Source: a virus
Lineage: Duplodnaviria; Caudoviricetes
Length of the DNA: 64,000 bases
Reading direction: 5' to 3' (one strand)
Virus record (IMG/VR): IMGVR_UViG_3300015214_000029
Location: 1 to 64,000 of that record
Shown one piece after another: positions 54,085-62,579 of this stretch. Position 1 is the stretch's first letter. Each line of letters begins with the position of its first letter. The notes below the pieces were generated by a model that was not told the DNA's origin, ran no database searches, and saw only the letters and a program-made list of their open reading frames with translations. Position numbers and translations under genes: made by a program.

Positions 54085-56131
54085 GCTCCACCTCTCGACT
54101 CATCAAGTCCATCTCATATACAAACCGGCTGGGCGGCAGCGGCTCTTTCTGCCCGGGCCACTGGGCCACCCCCGATACTCGACAGCGCCGCTTGGCGCGG
54201 GTCACCGCCACGTACATGACGTTGCGCTCGTCCCAGACCGTTGACTTCGACGGTCGGGGAATGCCATCTGTAGGTGGCGTCCAGCCCAGCGAGAACCGGT
54301 GAGGCAGGACCCCATCGCTCGCCCCGATGATGTAAGTGTTCGGGCGCTCCAGCCCCTTGAACCGGTAGATGGTGCCGATCAGTACATAGTCCACCAGATC
54401 CTCGGGCTTGACGTTCTTCCCGGCCTGAAGCTGGGCCATGTAGGTGAAGAAGTCCTCGACCGACAGCCGACTGCCGATCTCTTCCAGCACCGCCAGGTCA
54501 TCCCAGACCGACTCGATCTCGCCGCTGCCTGCCTCGTCATCCTCGGCTCGGTACTCGGCTTCAATCCAGGCATCCAGCACGAACTTGCGGAGTTCCTGGA
54601 TGAAGACCAGTGCACTGTTGCCGGGGCTGAATTGCAGGTGCTCCAGCGTCTCGATCAGATCCGTCGCGCCGTTCTTCCACTGCGCCCAGCCCTTGCGGTT
54701 CTCATCAAACCGGTGTGCCCGCAGTTGGGCTACCACTGGCTGGGTCCGGTCCAGGCGAGAGTTGAACTCTGCGCCCAGGTAGCGGGTCGGGCAGTAGCTA
54801 CCGTCTCGCTTGGTCATATTCAGCGAGGCGATGTTGTATACGTAGTCATACGCATCCCAGTCTACCGGGTTCACCGCCAGCCGCATGTAGGACGTGACGA
54901 TCTTTGGGATGCGACGGTTGAAGAACGACATGTTCCCCAGGTTGACAAACGGGATGCCCCGGCGCAGGAACTCAAGCTCGATGTAAGCCATCTGCGCGTT
55001 GACCCGCCCCATGACAAAGTAATCACCGGGCTTGCCATCCTCGCTGAGCAGTTCCGCCTCGATCTCCCGGGCGATCTCCCATGCCTCTTCCTCGGGGTCC
55101 TCAAACCAGGCCCAAGTCAGGTCGGGCCCGGGCATCGCCTCTTCCCACGCCTCGATGGTCTTCCCATACTTACGGGTTTCCTCATCGTAGTTGTGAATGA
55201 TGAGGCTCGCCGCCCGCTTGAGCAGGCCCGGGTGCGAGCGGAAGTTCACCGTCATGTTGAACCGCTGCCCGCCAAAGATCCGGTCAAACCCATCCCGCAG
55301 GTTGAACTCTGGCGCGGCTCCATTGAACTGGTACAAGGTCTGGTCCGCATCCCCGACGATAAACGCGGCCTTTGGGTGCAGCTTCTCCACAATGCGCATC
55401 GCCTGGGCGCTCGTATCCTGCGCCTCGTCAATGAGCAGGTGCGTGAACCGCTGCTGCCAGTAGGTACGGAACCCCTCATCGTAGGTGAAGGCGTACTCTG
55501 CCTCGTACATCATGTCCGCGAAGTCTACCAGATTATCCCGCTGCATCTCGTGCCGGTAGTGCAGAGCGGCGCGGGTCAGGTTGGGTGCCCAGTAGTCGCC
55601 CACCTGCTCATCGAAGTAGTGGTACAGGGCATCATGCTCCCAGCGGATGAAGTCGCGTTTGGCCTCATCGATCCAGTAGAGGATCGAGTTGAACCCGACC
55701 GGCTCCAGCTTCCGGGTCCGGGGGTTCTCGACCAGCCAGCCGATCTTCTCCACCCACTTCTCGATGATCGAGCGCGACTGCCAGGACTTGGCAACCCGAC
55801 GCGCGGCGAACTCAGGGTAGTATTCTTTGAGCATCCGCCAGCAGGCTGCATGGATCGTCGTCACCTGTCCGTTGCCCCCGAGCCCGGTCCTCAGACTGGT
55901 CTCTGCTAGGTACGGAAAGGTACTGAAGATGCGCAGTCCCATGTCCTCGGCCTGCGAGCGGGAGAAGGTGACCACCAGGATATTGTCGGGGTTGACCCCG
56001 TTCTGCACCAGGTGATCCAGCCGCCGCTCGATGACAAACGTTTTGCCACTGCCGGGCACGGCTTCCAGTACGACATGTGCGTCAATGGGAGCCTCGATTG
56101 CTTTTCTCTGCTGAGGGGTTGCCTTAGCCAT
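54056..56131 (-). CDS. uvrD: UvrD/PcrA-like SF1 helicase
   Basis: 'AVPGSGKT', 'IDEAQD', 'VGDADQTLYQFNGA', 'NFRS', 'KGLE', 'ERNVMYVAVTRAK'. Confidence 0.93.
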   Translation of the reverse strand: MAKATPQQRKAIEAPIDAHVVLEAVPGSGKTFVIERRLDHLVQNGVNPDNILVVTFSRSQAEDMGLRIFSTFPYLAETSLRTGLGGNGQVTTIHAACWRMLKEYYPEFAARRVAKSWQSRSIIEKWVEKIGWLVENPRTRKLEPVGFNSILYWIDEAKRDFIRWEHDALYHYFDEQVGDYWAPNLTRAALHYRHEMQRDNLVDFADMMYEAEYAFTYDEGFRTYWQQRFTHLLIDEAQDTSAQAMRIVEKLHPKAAFIVGDADQTLYQFNGAAPEFNLRDGFDRIFGGQRFNMTVNFRSHPGLLKRAASLIIHNYDEETRKYGKTIEAWEEAMPGPDLTWAWFEDPEEEAWEIAREIEAELLSEDGKPGDYFVMGRVNAQMAYIELEFLRRGIPFVNLGNMSFFNRRIPKIVTSYMRLAVNPVDWDAYDYVYNIASLNMTKRDGSYCPTRYLGAEFNSRLDRTQPVVAQLRAHRFDENRKGWAQWKNGATDLIETLEHLQFSPGNSALVFIQELRKFVLDAWIEAEYRAEDDEAGSGEIESVWDDLAVLEEIGSRLSVEDFFTYMAQLQAGKNVKPEDLVDYVLIGTIYRFKGLERPNTYIIGASDGVLPHRFSLGWTPPTDGIPRPSKSTVWDERNVMYVAVTRAKRRCRVSGVAQWPGQKEPLPPSRFVYEMDLMSREVEHGLEPSTEE

Positions 56132-56134
56132 TAC

Positions 56135-56599
56135 CTACTCCCAGTGCGCCATGCGCACGGTACCATCCGGCAGGAACTCGGCGTGAGCCGCGCACAGTGC
56201 CGGGTCCTCGCTGACCAGATCCGGCTCGCCACAGTAGATGCAGCCCCGGGTCACCTCGGGGTGAACATCCAGTTGGGTGACCGCTTCCCGCACGCGCAGC
56301 TGGAGCCGATCCTGCCAGCCCTGCGTGCGCAGGATGCGGGGGGTGCTCGACGTGTAGCGATCCACCTGCCCATAGACCACGCGGATCGCATCCGCATCCT
56401 TCTCCCGAGAGGTCATCGAGCGACCGTCAATGGTCGAGAAGACGCGCACGAACTTGCGGGTCTGCGGGAAGAGGATCTGGTAGACCAGTTCGTTCCCCCG
56501 GAAAGACCACGAGAGTTGACCCCCGGCTGCGCGAGCCAGCGGGTCCATCACTGCCAGCATGTCGGCATGGGTGAAGCGGACGAACTTTTTTCTAGCCAT
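56135..56599 (-). CDS. Hypothetical protein with C-terminal CxxC-C-H
   Basis: Start at MARKKF with AGGAGTCT leader. Confidence 0.55.
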   Translation of the reverse strand: MARKKFVRFTHADMLAVMDPLARAAGGQLSWSFRGNELVYQILFPQTRKFVRVFSTIDGRSMTSREKDADAIRVVYGQVDRYTSSTPRILRTQGWQDRLQLRVREAVTQLDVHPEVTRGCIYCGEPDLVSEDPALCAAHAEFLPDGTVRMAHWE

Positions 56600-56645
56600 G
56601 TTCAGACTCCTTGACACGGGGTAGGTTTCGTCATCTCTATCTATC

Positions 56646-56674
56646 AGTATAGTTGAGGTTTTTAAGCCTGTCAA
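56646..56674 (-). promoter_or_regulatory. Sigma70-type promoter for the replication operon
   Basis: TTGACA-17 bp-TATACT. Confidence 0.8.
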
Positions 56675-56747
56675 GAGATTGGGGGCAGAGGTTTTTGGCC
56701 CCTGCCCCCTTTCCTGGCACCCTTACAGGTGACCGTCAGCAACTCTC

Positions 56748-56776
56748 AGTATAGTTGAGGTTTCTAACCCTGTCAA
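56748..56776 (-). promoter_or_regulatory. Second, tandem sigma70-type promoter
   Basis: TTGACA-17 bp-TATACT; shares AAACCTCAACTATACTGA with the downstream promoter. Confidence 0.8.
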
Positions 56777-56784
56777 CCCCCAAT

Positions 56785-58044
56785 TTAGTAAGGTCGTTGG
56801 GCGATGATACTGACCATCTCAGAGTGCAGCCAAGACTGGTTGAAGTAGTCCGTGCTGGCGTAGCCGGTATAGCCGTTCATGGTGTAGATGGGGTAAGGCA
56901 GCGCCCGGATAGCCGCCCCGAGTGCCACCAGGTCCCGGGCCTTGTCCGGCTTGGGGGTACTCTGCTGCCCGTTGGCAAACTCAGTGACGTGGAACTCAGT
57001 AAATCCGAGTGGGATGAAGTGATCGCACACCCACTTCACATGCTCCACTGCCTTCTGCACCGTTACCCCGTTGCCTGTGTAGGTGTGAATATCGATGGCA
57101 ACCGGGGCGTACTCAGTCAGGGCCTTCGCTGCCCAGCTTGAGCCCGCTACCCAGTCATTGTGAGCGTGATGCCGGACCCCCGGCGAGCTTCCGGTCACGG
57201 GTACCGGTGAAGCGGCAGGATAGTGCAGGGTCGCCCCCGGGTACCGGTGGGACAGGTAGATCCCGGCATCTAGGAAGGCATACCCAAAAGTCTGGGGGTC
57301 GGGCCACTGCACCTTGTAGCCCTCTCGGGCACCCTCGCCGTCCAGGTTGGTCTCGTTGTAGATGATGATGTGCATTCGCTCGCGCAGGTAAGGCCAGAGA
57401 GGGTCGAGTGCCCGGTTAAACTCCCCGTAAATCTGGTCACGACTCTTACCCCCCTCGAACTTGATCAGCGGGCGGATCAAGAACTGCATGGGGACGCCCC
57501 GCTGCTCAGTTGAGACTCGGTCCATCATCTCCAGGGTGCGCTGGGTTACACCCCCGTGTGTGACAACAACCCAGGACCCGGGGCGGATGGCCCGGATCAT
57601 GGCCTCGATGTCGCTGTTGTAGTCCCAGGGGTCCGAGACCGTGCCCCCAAAGATGGCTCGGGTTGCGGGGGACCAGACCCGCAGGTACTCCCGACTAGCC
57701 CAGCCAACCGTACCCTGTGTGTCGATGAGCTTGAACCAGGGACTACGGTCCTCTAACCGTCCCAGCTTTTCCTGGGGAGTCAGCGTCCGGATGATGGAAT
57801 AATGGGTGCCCGGCCCGGTACGAAAATTCAAGCCCACAGTGGGCGTCCAGTAACTATCCGGTTGAGGGGGTTCGGGTGTTGGAGGTGCCGGGGCCGGTGG
57901 CTCTGTCCGGATCTGGCGGATCAGGGCTTGGATCTGGGTAACAGATTGCTCGATCTGGCTGACCGCCGAGGTCAGGGCTTGGCGGGTCAACCCTTGCGAG
58001 GTCTCTAGCTGAGCGAGTTGGGAGAGTATCGAGTCGATGTTCAT
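56785..58044 (-). CDS. Coiled coil + SH3b + clan GH-A-like glycoside hydrolase
   Basis: 'LNFRTGPGTHYSIIRTL..W..GWASREY' SH3b; 'IIIYNETN' and 'FHVTEF' candidate catalytic Glu pair. Confidence 0.7.
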   Translation of the reverse strand: MNIDSILSQLAQLETSQGLTRQALTSAVSQIEQSVTQIQALIRQIRTEPPAPAPPTPEPPQPDSYWTPTVGLNFRTGPGTHYSIIRTLTPQEKLGRLEDRSPWFKLIDTQGTVGWASREYLRVWSPATRAIFGGTVSDPWDYNSDIEAMIRAIRPGSWVVVTHGGVTQRTLEMMDRVSTEQRGVPMQFLIRPLIKFEGGKSRDQIYGEFNRALDPLWPYLRERMHIIIYNETNLDGEGAREGYKVQWPDPQTFGYAFLDAGIYLSHRYPGATLHYPAASPVPVTGSSPGVRHHAHNDWVAGSSWAAKALTEYAPVAIDIHTYTGNGVTVQKAVEHVKWVCDHFIPLGFTEFHVTEFANGQQSTPKPDKARDLVALGAAIRALPYPIYTMNGYTGYASTDYFNQSWLHSEMVSIIAQRPY

Positions 58045-58089
58045 GTGTGCCACCAGTTTCGGGTCGGTGCTGTCGGTTTGTTTTCGAAG

Positions 58090-58270
58090 CCAGGTTCTCT
58101 ATATATGAGTATTAAATATATTAGATCGACTCTTAGAGTCCTTTCTTTTATGGATATAGGCCGACAGTGGAGTTGGATTAAGGTATATAGTTATTATTAT
58201 ATATTACTTTATATAATGAGTCCGTCTTATATGCATATAGACTCTATGAGTCTTTTTCCCTATGAGAAAG
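58090..58270. other. Strongly AT-rich intergenic tract (candidate unwinding element / divergent control region)
   Basis: Runs such as GTATATAGTTATTATTATATATTACTTTATATAAT in an otherwise GC-rich genome. Confidence 0.6.
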
Positions 58271-58503
58271 ACTCATAAGGGAGACCTGGGGCCTCACAAA
58301 AAAGCATACACCCTTTTGCCTCGCGAGTCAAACTTGACAGCCCGGAGCTTTGGGTGTATGCTTCTAGGTGGAGCGAGGTTCCGAATGGTCGGCAGTCATG
58401 GGCCGACCCTTTACGGTGCCTGTCGGGGAGACAATTCTGGGAGAGGAATTGTCTCCCCTTTTCGTTTAATCGGGCAGTTCTATATACATATAGGAGTCAA
58501 GAG

Positions 58504-59295
58504 ATGCGGGGATTTTTGAAAACCTCAGCCGTGCCGCTCGCCCTGCTCGCCATCAAACTGCTGACGACCTGGCGAACGGCAGTTGACACGTTCAGTGTCA
58601 CTCACGACTGGCTGGATGTGATCCTGATCGACGGTGTCATGCTCGCTTTCTGGTTGGTCACGGCTTACGCGGGTGAGAACCAGACGGCTATGTCCATTCG
58701 ACCCTTCACGGCTATCGGTGCCTGGGCGCTGTATCTCTCCCAGCTTTACATCGGCTGGGAAGCGACTCATACCGGGGTCGCCTTCATCGTGCGTGGTGCG
58801 GGCGGACTTGCCCTGCTCTACGATACCTGGGACTATGTTGCTGCCCTGACCCGCAAGCAGGCCCGGCGTCGGCGCAGCATCCGGGAGAAGCGGGCGTCGC
58901 AGCGGTTGTTCGTCATGAATATTGGGTACCTGTTCTTCGTGCTGGTGGGGACTCCGGTCTGGTGGCTGGTCAGTGGGGTGTCAGTGGTGGTGGACTTCGC
59001 CCGGGATGCCGGGCTGGTCATCCGGCCTGCCAAGCATGTCAGTGCTGTCAGTCGGCTTGACACGGTTGACATCATTGACGGTGAGGCTGTCAACCCTGAG
59101 CGTCAGCTAACGTCAGGTACCGTGTCAGGGGTAACGTCAGCCCTGTCAACGACTGACAGGCGTCGTCAGATTGAACGTCAGGTTGACACTGACCCTAATG
59201 TCACGGTGACACAGTTGGCTGTCAAGTATAACGTCAGTCGTGGCACCATTTACAACGATCTGAACAGTCTGGGTATTACCCTGACACAGAAGTAG
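58504..59295 (+). CDS. Membrane protein (about 4 TM) with C-terminal HTH
   Basis: Hydrophobic N-terminal half; 'PNVTVTQLAVKYNVSRGTIYNDL' HTH; only rightward gene in the right arm. Confidence 0.7.
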   Translation: MRGFLKTSAVPLALLAIKLLTTWRTAVDTFSVTHDWLDVILIDGVMLAFWLVTAYAGENQTAMSIRPFTAIGAWALYLSQLYIGWEATHTGVAFIVRGAGGLALLYDTWDYVAALTRKQARRRRSIREKRASQRLFVMNIGYLFFVLVGTPVWWLVSGVSVVVDFARDAGLVIRPAKHVSAVSRLDTVDIIDGEAVNPERQLTSGTVSGVTSALSTTDRRRQIERQVDTDPNVTVTQLAVKYNVSRGTIYNDLNSLGITLTQK

Positions 59296-59386
59296 TGTCA
59301 GGTTGACAGGGGTAACGTCAGGGGATTGTACAGTTGACGTTACCCCTGTCAGGTGGGGTGTCAGTCCTGTGCAGGCTGAGTGTCAG
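58978..59386. repeat. Dense array of YGTCA/TGACR motifs
   Basis: About 28 copies counted by eye in ~410 bp, both orientations, extending past the stop codon. Confidence 0.85.
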
Positions 59387-59861
59387 CCTGAAGAGTTATG
59401 AGCTTGGCCCTGACATCTTTCAGGGCGTCCACGATCTTCCAGCCTGTGAGATAGTACTCGCTGATGCGCTGCACTTTCGGCAGGGCAGCGTCAATGTTGT
59501 TGACAGCCGCCGCCAGGTTGTCGATCTCCACCGCTGCTGCTGCCCAGTCGAGGGCGTAATGGACATCCTGACGCAGCGTGTCAGCCCCATCCTGCTCGAA
59601 GGCAGAGTGCATGTCCAGCACGTCCTCAGCCAGATCGTACAGGGTGTCCGCCAATCCTTCCTTGTACTCTTCAAGGGCCTTTTCTCGGGCGAACTCGGCA
59701 TACTCTTGGGCCTCAACCTCATTGACGAAGAACGCCACCTCTCGGCTGGCCCCCTCGGGGTGCTGCTCCCGGACCGCATAGAACTTGATCTCCACCGTCT
59801 TGGCAGAGTGGAGGTTCACCTTGCGGCTCAGGGTCTCGGGATGCACTAGGTACTTGACCAT
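59361..59861 (-). CDS. Hypothetical protein
   Basis: Start at MVKY with AGGAGTC RBS. Confidence 0.55.
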   Translation of the reverse strand: MVKYLVHPETLSRKVNLHSAKTVEIKFYAVREQHPEGASREVAFFVNEVEAQEYAEFAREKALEEYKEGLADTLYDLAEDVLDMHSAFEQDGADTLRQDVHYALDWAAAAVEIDNLAAAVNNIDAALPKVQRISEYYLTGWKIVDALKDVRAKLITLQADTQPAQD

Positions 59862-60052
59862 TTGATTGACTCCTTTGTCTGCCGGGGGTACTGCTCGCGC
59901 ACGTACCGCTCGGCTTTGTCCAACGTGGTAAATTCTGTATCTATATACCAGCCAGCGGGCTCGGTGCCCCACTGGGGGAAGTAGATGAGGACCTGGTAGC
60001 CGTCCCCACCGGGGCGGATGAGAACATGGGATGGTTCGTTTTGACCGAGCAC
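59846..60052 (-). CDS. Small hypothetical protein
   Basis: GTG start with GAGGT RBS. Confidence 0.4.
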   Translation of the reverse strand: MLGQNEPSHVLIRPGGDGYQVLIYFPQWGTEPAGWYIDTEFTTLDKAERYVREQYPRQTKESIKWSST

Positions 60053-60115
60053 ATGACACCTCTTCAGCAGGGTTGGGGGTGCCTAGTGTAGCACACCCCC
60101 AGCCCCGCTAAAATG

Positions 60116-60565
60116 CTACAGCATGTGAACGACAACGCTGTAGGTTACGTCCTCGTAGTAGGCCAGCGGGAAGTGGGTCACCGCCAGGGCTGCAACGTCT
60201 TCCCTTACTTCAGCCAGGGGTGCCTCACTTCTGAAGATCCCGGTCCGGTAGTGGATCTTGTTATCGTGGCGGGACCGGGCGACGATAGTATAGCTAAGGT
60301 GCCGTCGCAGGTCCGAGTGGTTGTGTCGGTTTTGAGGGGTCGCTGTTTGCTGCTCCAGGGCCAGGCCCAGCGCAACTACCAGGATGATCAGCCAGCCCCC
60401 GACAACAACCCCCAGGGTGGTGAGCACTCTCAGGGGTACGGGCACAAGATCCTGTGCCTGGATCAGCATAAAGAGTGCCATCAGGGTGCCAACTAGCAGG
60501 ATGGCAAGGATCAGGACGCGCCCGGCGTGAATGCGACGGACCCGGGTCGTACTTGTGTGGGTCAT
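60116..60565 (-). CDS. Membrane protein (2 TM)
   Basis: AGGAGTCTAGTATG leader; two hydrophobic segments. Confidence 0.6.
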   Translation of the reverse strand: MTHTSTTRVRRIHAGRVLILAILLVGTLMALFMLIQAQDLVPVPLRVLTTLGVVVGGWLIILVVALGLALEQQTATPQNRHNHSDLRRHLSYTIVARSRHDNKIHYRTGIFRSEAPLAEVREDVAALAVTHFPLAYYEDVTYSVVVHML

Positions 60566-60579
60566 ACTAGACTCCTCTG

Positions 60580-60798
60580 CTATGGTAGAACAAGATAAAA
60601 GGTGGCAAGTTTCTTCAGGTCGAGGTGCAGCAGCCGCTTGCCGGTCCGCTTGTCATGCACCTCGACCTGTTTGGCCTGTCGGCGGAATGCCTGGTGCAGC
60701 TTGACCTTGAGTAGCTGCGCCTCAGTCCGGTTCAGCCGGACCCGACTGTGTTCCTTACCGCGCCGGGTGTAGAAGATGAAGGTGACGGTGCGTTCCAT
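60580..60798 (-). CDS. Small basic hypothetical protein
   Basis: AGGAGTC RBS. Confidence 0.55.
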   Translation of the reverse strand: MERTVTFIFYTRRGKEHSRVRLNRTEAQLLKVKLHQAFRRQAKQVEVHDKRTGKRLLHLDLKKLATFYLVLP

Positions 60799-60812
60799 GT
60801 CAGCATGGACTC

Positions 60813-61178
60813 CTAACCCAGCTTCTTGAGCAGCCGGTAGTAGTTCGGGTCCACGAACTTGAACCAGGCATGGCAGAACTGGTACAGGTCATCGATCTGC
60901 CGCCAGTCCCCGACAATGTCGCCCAGAGAGCGGATGCCGCTGTGCTGGTCATTGATCCGGGGGTAGGTCGCCGTGTCCCGCTGGCGGATACGGTACCGCT
61001 TGGACTGTTCCCAGCCATTGCTCACCTGAACGTCGATGAAGGTCTTACCCACCCGGCGCACCCAGCTCGGGTACTCTGACTGGGTCTCAGCGAACTCTTC
61101 AAAGAGCAGGGTGTAGTTCGGGCGCTCGGGCTGGGGCTCTTCCAGCGGTATCCCCGACTTCTTCAGGCTAAACGACAT
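60813..61178 (-). CDS. Hypothetical protein
   Basis: GAGAGGAGTCT leader. Confidence 0.6.
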   Translation of the reverse strand: MSFSLKKSGIPLEEPQPERPNYTLLFEEFAETQSEYPSWVRRVGKTFIDVQVSNGWEQSKRYRIRQRDTATYPRINDQHSGIRSLGDIVGDWRQIDDLYQFCHAWFKFVDPNYYRLLKKLG

Positions 61179-61258
61179 GACAGACTCCTCTCAGTCTATA
61201 TGGATATACGTTCACAACCGGGCACGAGTTACCCCGTGCCCGGATGGTGAGAGCACAT

Positions 61259-62326
61259 CTAGGCGCTGCCCAGCAGTTCGTACTGCTTGAACCGCTTGGC
61301 AGCAGAGCCCTCAAGCTGGGGACCGTAGTTGTCCGTATTGGAGTAGCCCACACCCTGTAGGATGTGAAGGACGCTCCAGAAGTGACCGCGCAGGGGGTAC
61401 CACTTGCCCCGGCCCAGGTCGATCTGGTTGGTCTTCAGGTCGATGATGACGGTGCGGGGGTTCTCCCGCGCCCGGCGACGCCACTCATCCATCTTCAGGA
61501 TGTATGCCTGGGCCACGTCCTCGGCGGCTGCACGGGGCAGGTAGTTGGTGTTGAAGTACCCGCTCAGGTCTACCTGCTCGATGTGCCGCTCCCAGTGGTT
61601 GCGGTCGATGTGGCGGTGATTAAACCAGGGATTTATCTTGCGCAGCTTCTCTCGCACTGCCCGCTCGTAGTGGGGTAGGTTGACGCTGGCGAACTGGTCA
61701 CGGTCCTGGTCTTTCGGCATAATCATGGCGGCATACCTGCCATCGAACAGCCAGAGCATGATACCCGCCCCGGTGTAGACCCCATCGTAAGGCTGGGCGA
61801 ACACCCGGACCTTGCCCATCGGTAGCAGACCGTCGATCCACTGCTGCCGAATGATGTGGAGTGACAGCCCGGGCCGCTGCACACTGAACTCGGCACCACC
61901 CAGGGTCTCGACCCTGGGTTCCTTCTTGGAGCCCGGCCCGTACTCGGGCGGGTCACAGGTCAGGGTCAGGGCGTGCTCGGGAGTGCAGCGCAGATTAACC
62001 GCGTCATTGAGTCCGGCCCCTACGGTGCGCAGGGCCTTGCGCAGCGCCAGTGCATCCGCCACAAACAGGGGGATGAGCGGGCACGTCTTGAACTGGGCCT
62101 CGACCCTCTGTTCGGCGTCCTTAGTCCAGTCCGACTCCGGCGAGGGCACGCCCAGTTCCTCGACCAGCGCCTCGACCTGGTCGTCGTCCAGTTCGTCCCC
62201 GACCACACCGTAAGCATGGGTATCTGTCATGACGAACACGGCAGGTTGCCCGCTGATCTTGAACTGGAGTAGCAGCCTGGGGTTCTTGATCTTACGCAGG
62301 TACTTGAGATCTTCCTCGTACAGCAT
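61259..62326 (-). CDS. Hypothetical protein
   Basis: 355 aa from MLYEED; GAGAGGAGTCT leader. Confidence 0.6.
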   Translation of the reverse strand: MLYEEDLKYLRKIKNPRLLLQFKISGQPAVFVMTDTHAYGVVGDELDDDQVEALVEELGVPSPESDWTKDAEQRVEAQFKTCPLIPLFVADALALRKALRTVGAGLNDAVNLRCTPEHALTLTCDPPEYGPGSKKEPRVETLGGAEFSVQRPGLSLHIIRQQWIDGLLPMGKVRVFAQPYDGVYTGAGIMLWLFDGRYAAMIMPKDQDRDQFASVNLPHYERAVREKLRKINPWFNHRHIDRNHWERHIEQVDLSGYFNTNYLPRAAAEDVAQAYILKMDEWRRRARENPRTVIIDLKTNQIDLGRGKWYPLRGHFWSVLHILQGVGYSNTDNYGPQLEGSAAKRFKQYELLGSA

Positions 62327-62412
62327 GTTAGACTCCTCTCTAGTCCTCTCTCCCGGGCCGGGCACCCCGCAGGGCACCCGACCGCTTGAGAGAGGAGTTC
62401 TACCCTACCTTT

Positions 62413-62441
62413 AGGGTATTCGAAAACTTACGAGTTGTCAA
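62413..62441 (-). promoter_or_regulatory. Sigma70-type promoter just downstream of the mini-tmRNA
   Basis: TTGACA-17 bp-TACCCT. Confidence 0.55.
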
Positions 62442-62451
62442 GCAACTCATA

Positions 62452-62536
62452 GGTGGAGATGCCGGGTGTCGAACCCGGGTCCGCAAGCTTGCCGGGTTGC
62501 CCCGGGTCATTGCCCACGTCGAAGCCAGTCATCCCC
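62452..62536 (-). ncRNA. Miniature tmRNA (tRNA-like domain only, no mRNA-like domain)
   Basis: GGGGATG ACTGGCTTCGAC GTGGGC AATGAC CCGGG-GCAA-CCCGG CAA GCTTGC GGAC CCGGG-TTCGACA-CCCGG CATCTCC A CC; G3.U70 pair, A73, tmRNA-type D-loop GG-x-TTCGAC and GGAC before the T arm. Confidence 0.85.
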
Positions 62537-62543
62537 AGATGGC

Positions 62544-62569
62544 TGGAGCCCACCTCAGCGGGCTCCAGG
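62544..62569 (-). terminator. Strong hairpin immediately 5' of the mini-tmRNA (processing or partial termination)
   Basis: CTGGAGCCC-gctgaggt-GGGCTCCAG, no U-tract. Confidence 0.45.
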
Positions 62570-62579
62570 GGTCTGTAGA

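Noticed and set aside
58978-59386. CRISPR array
   Set aside because: Repeats are 5-6 bp, irregularly spaced and in both orientations; no repeat-spacer periodicity or cas genes in the window
62452-62482. tmRNA 3' end interpreted as a simple attP core
   Set aside because: attP fragments normally carry only the 3' end; here the 5' end, D-loop and a complementary P2a are present, and the recombinase is ~22 kb away. A secondary att role is not excluded
62452-62536. Two-piece permuted tmRNA or ordinary tRNA-Ala
   Set aside because: Termini are in non-permuted order, and there is no D stem or 7-nt anticodon loop
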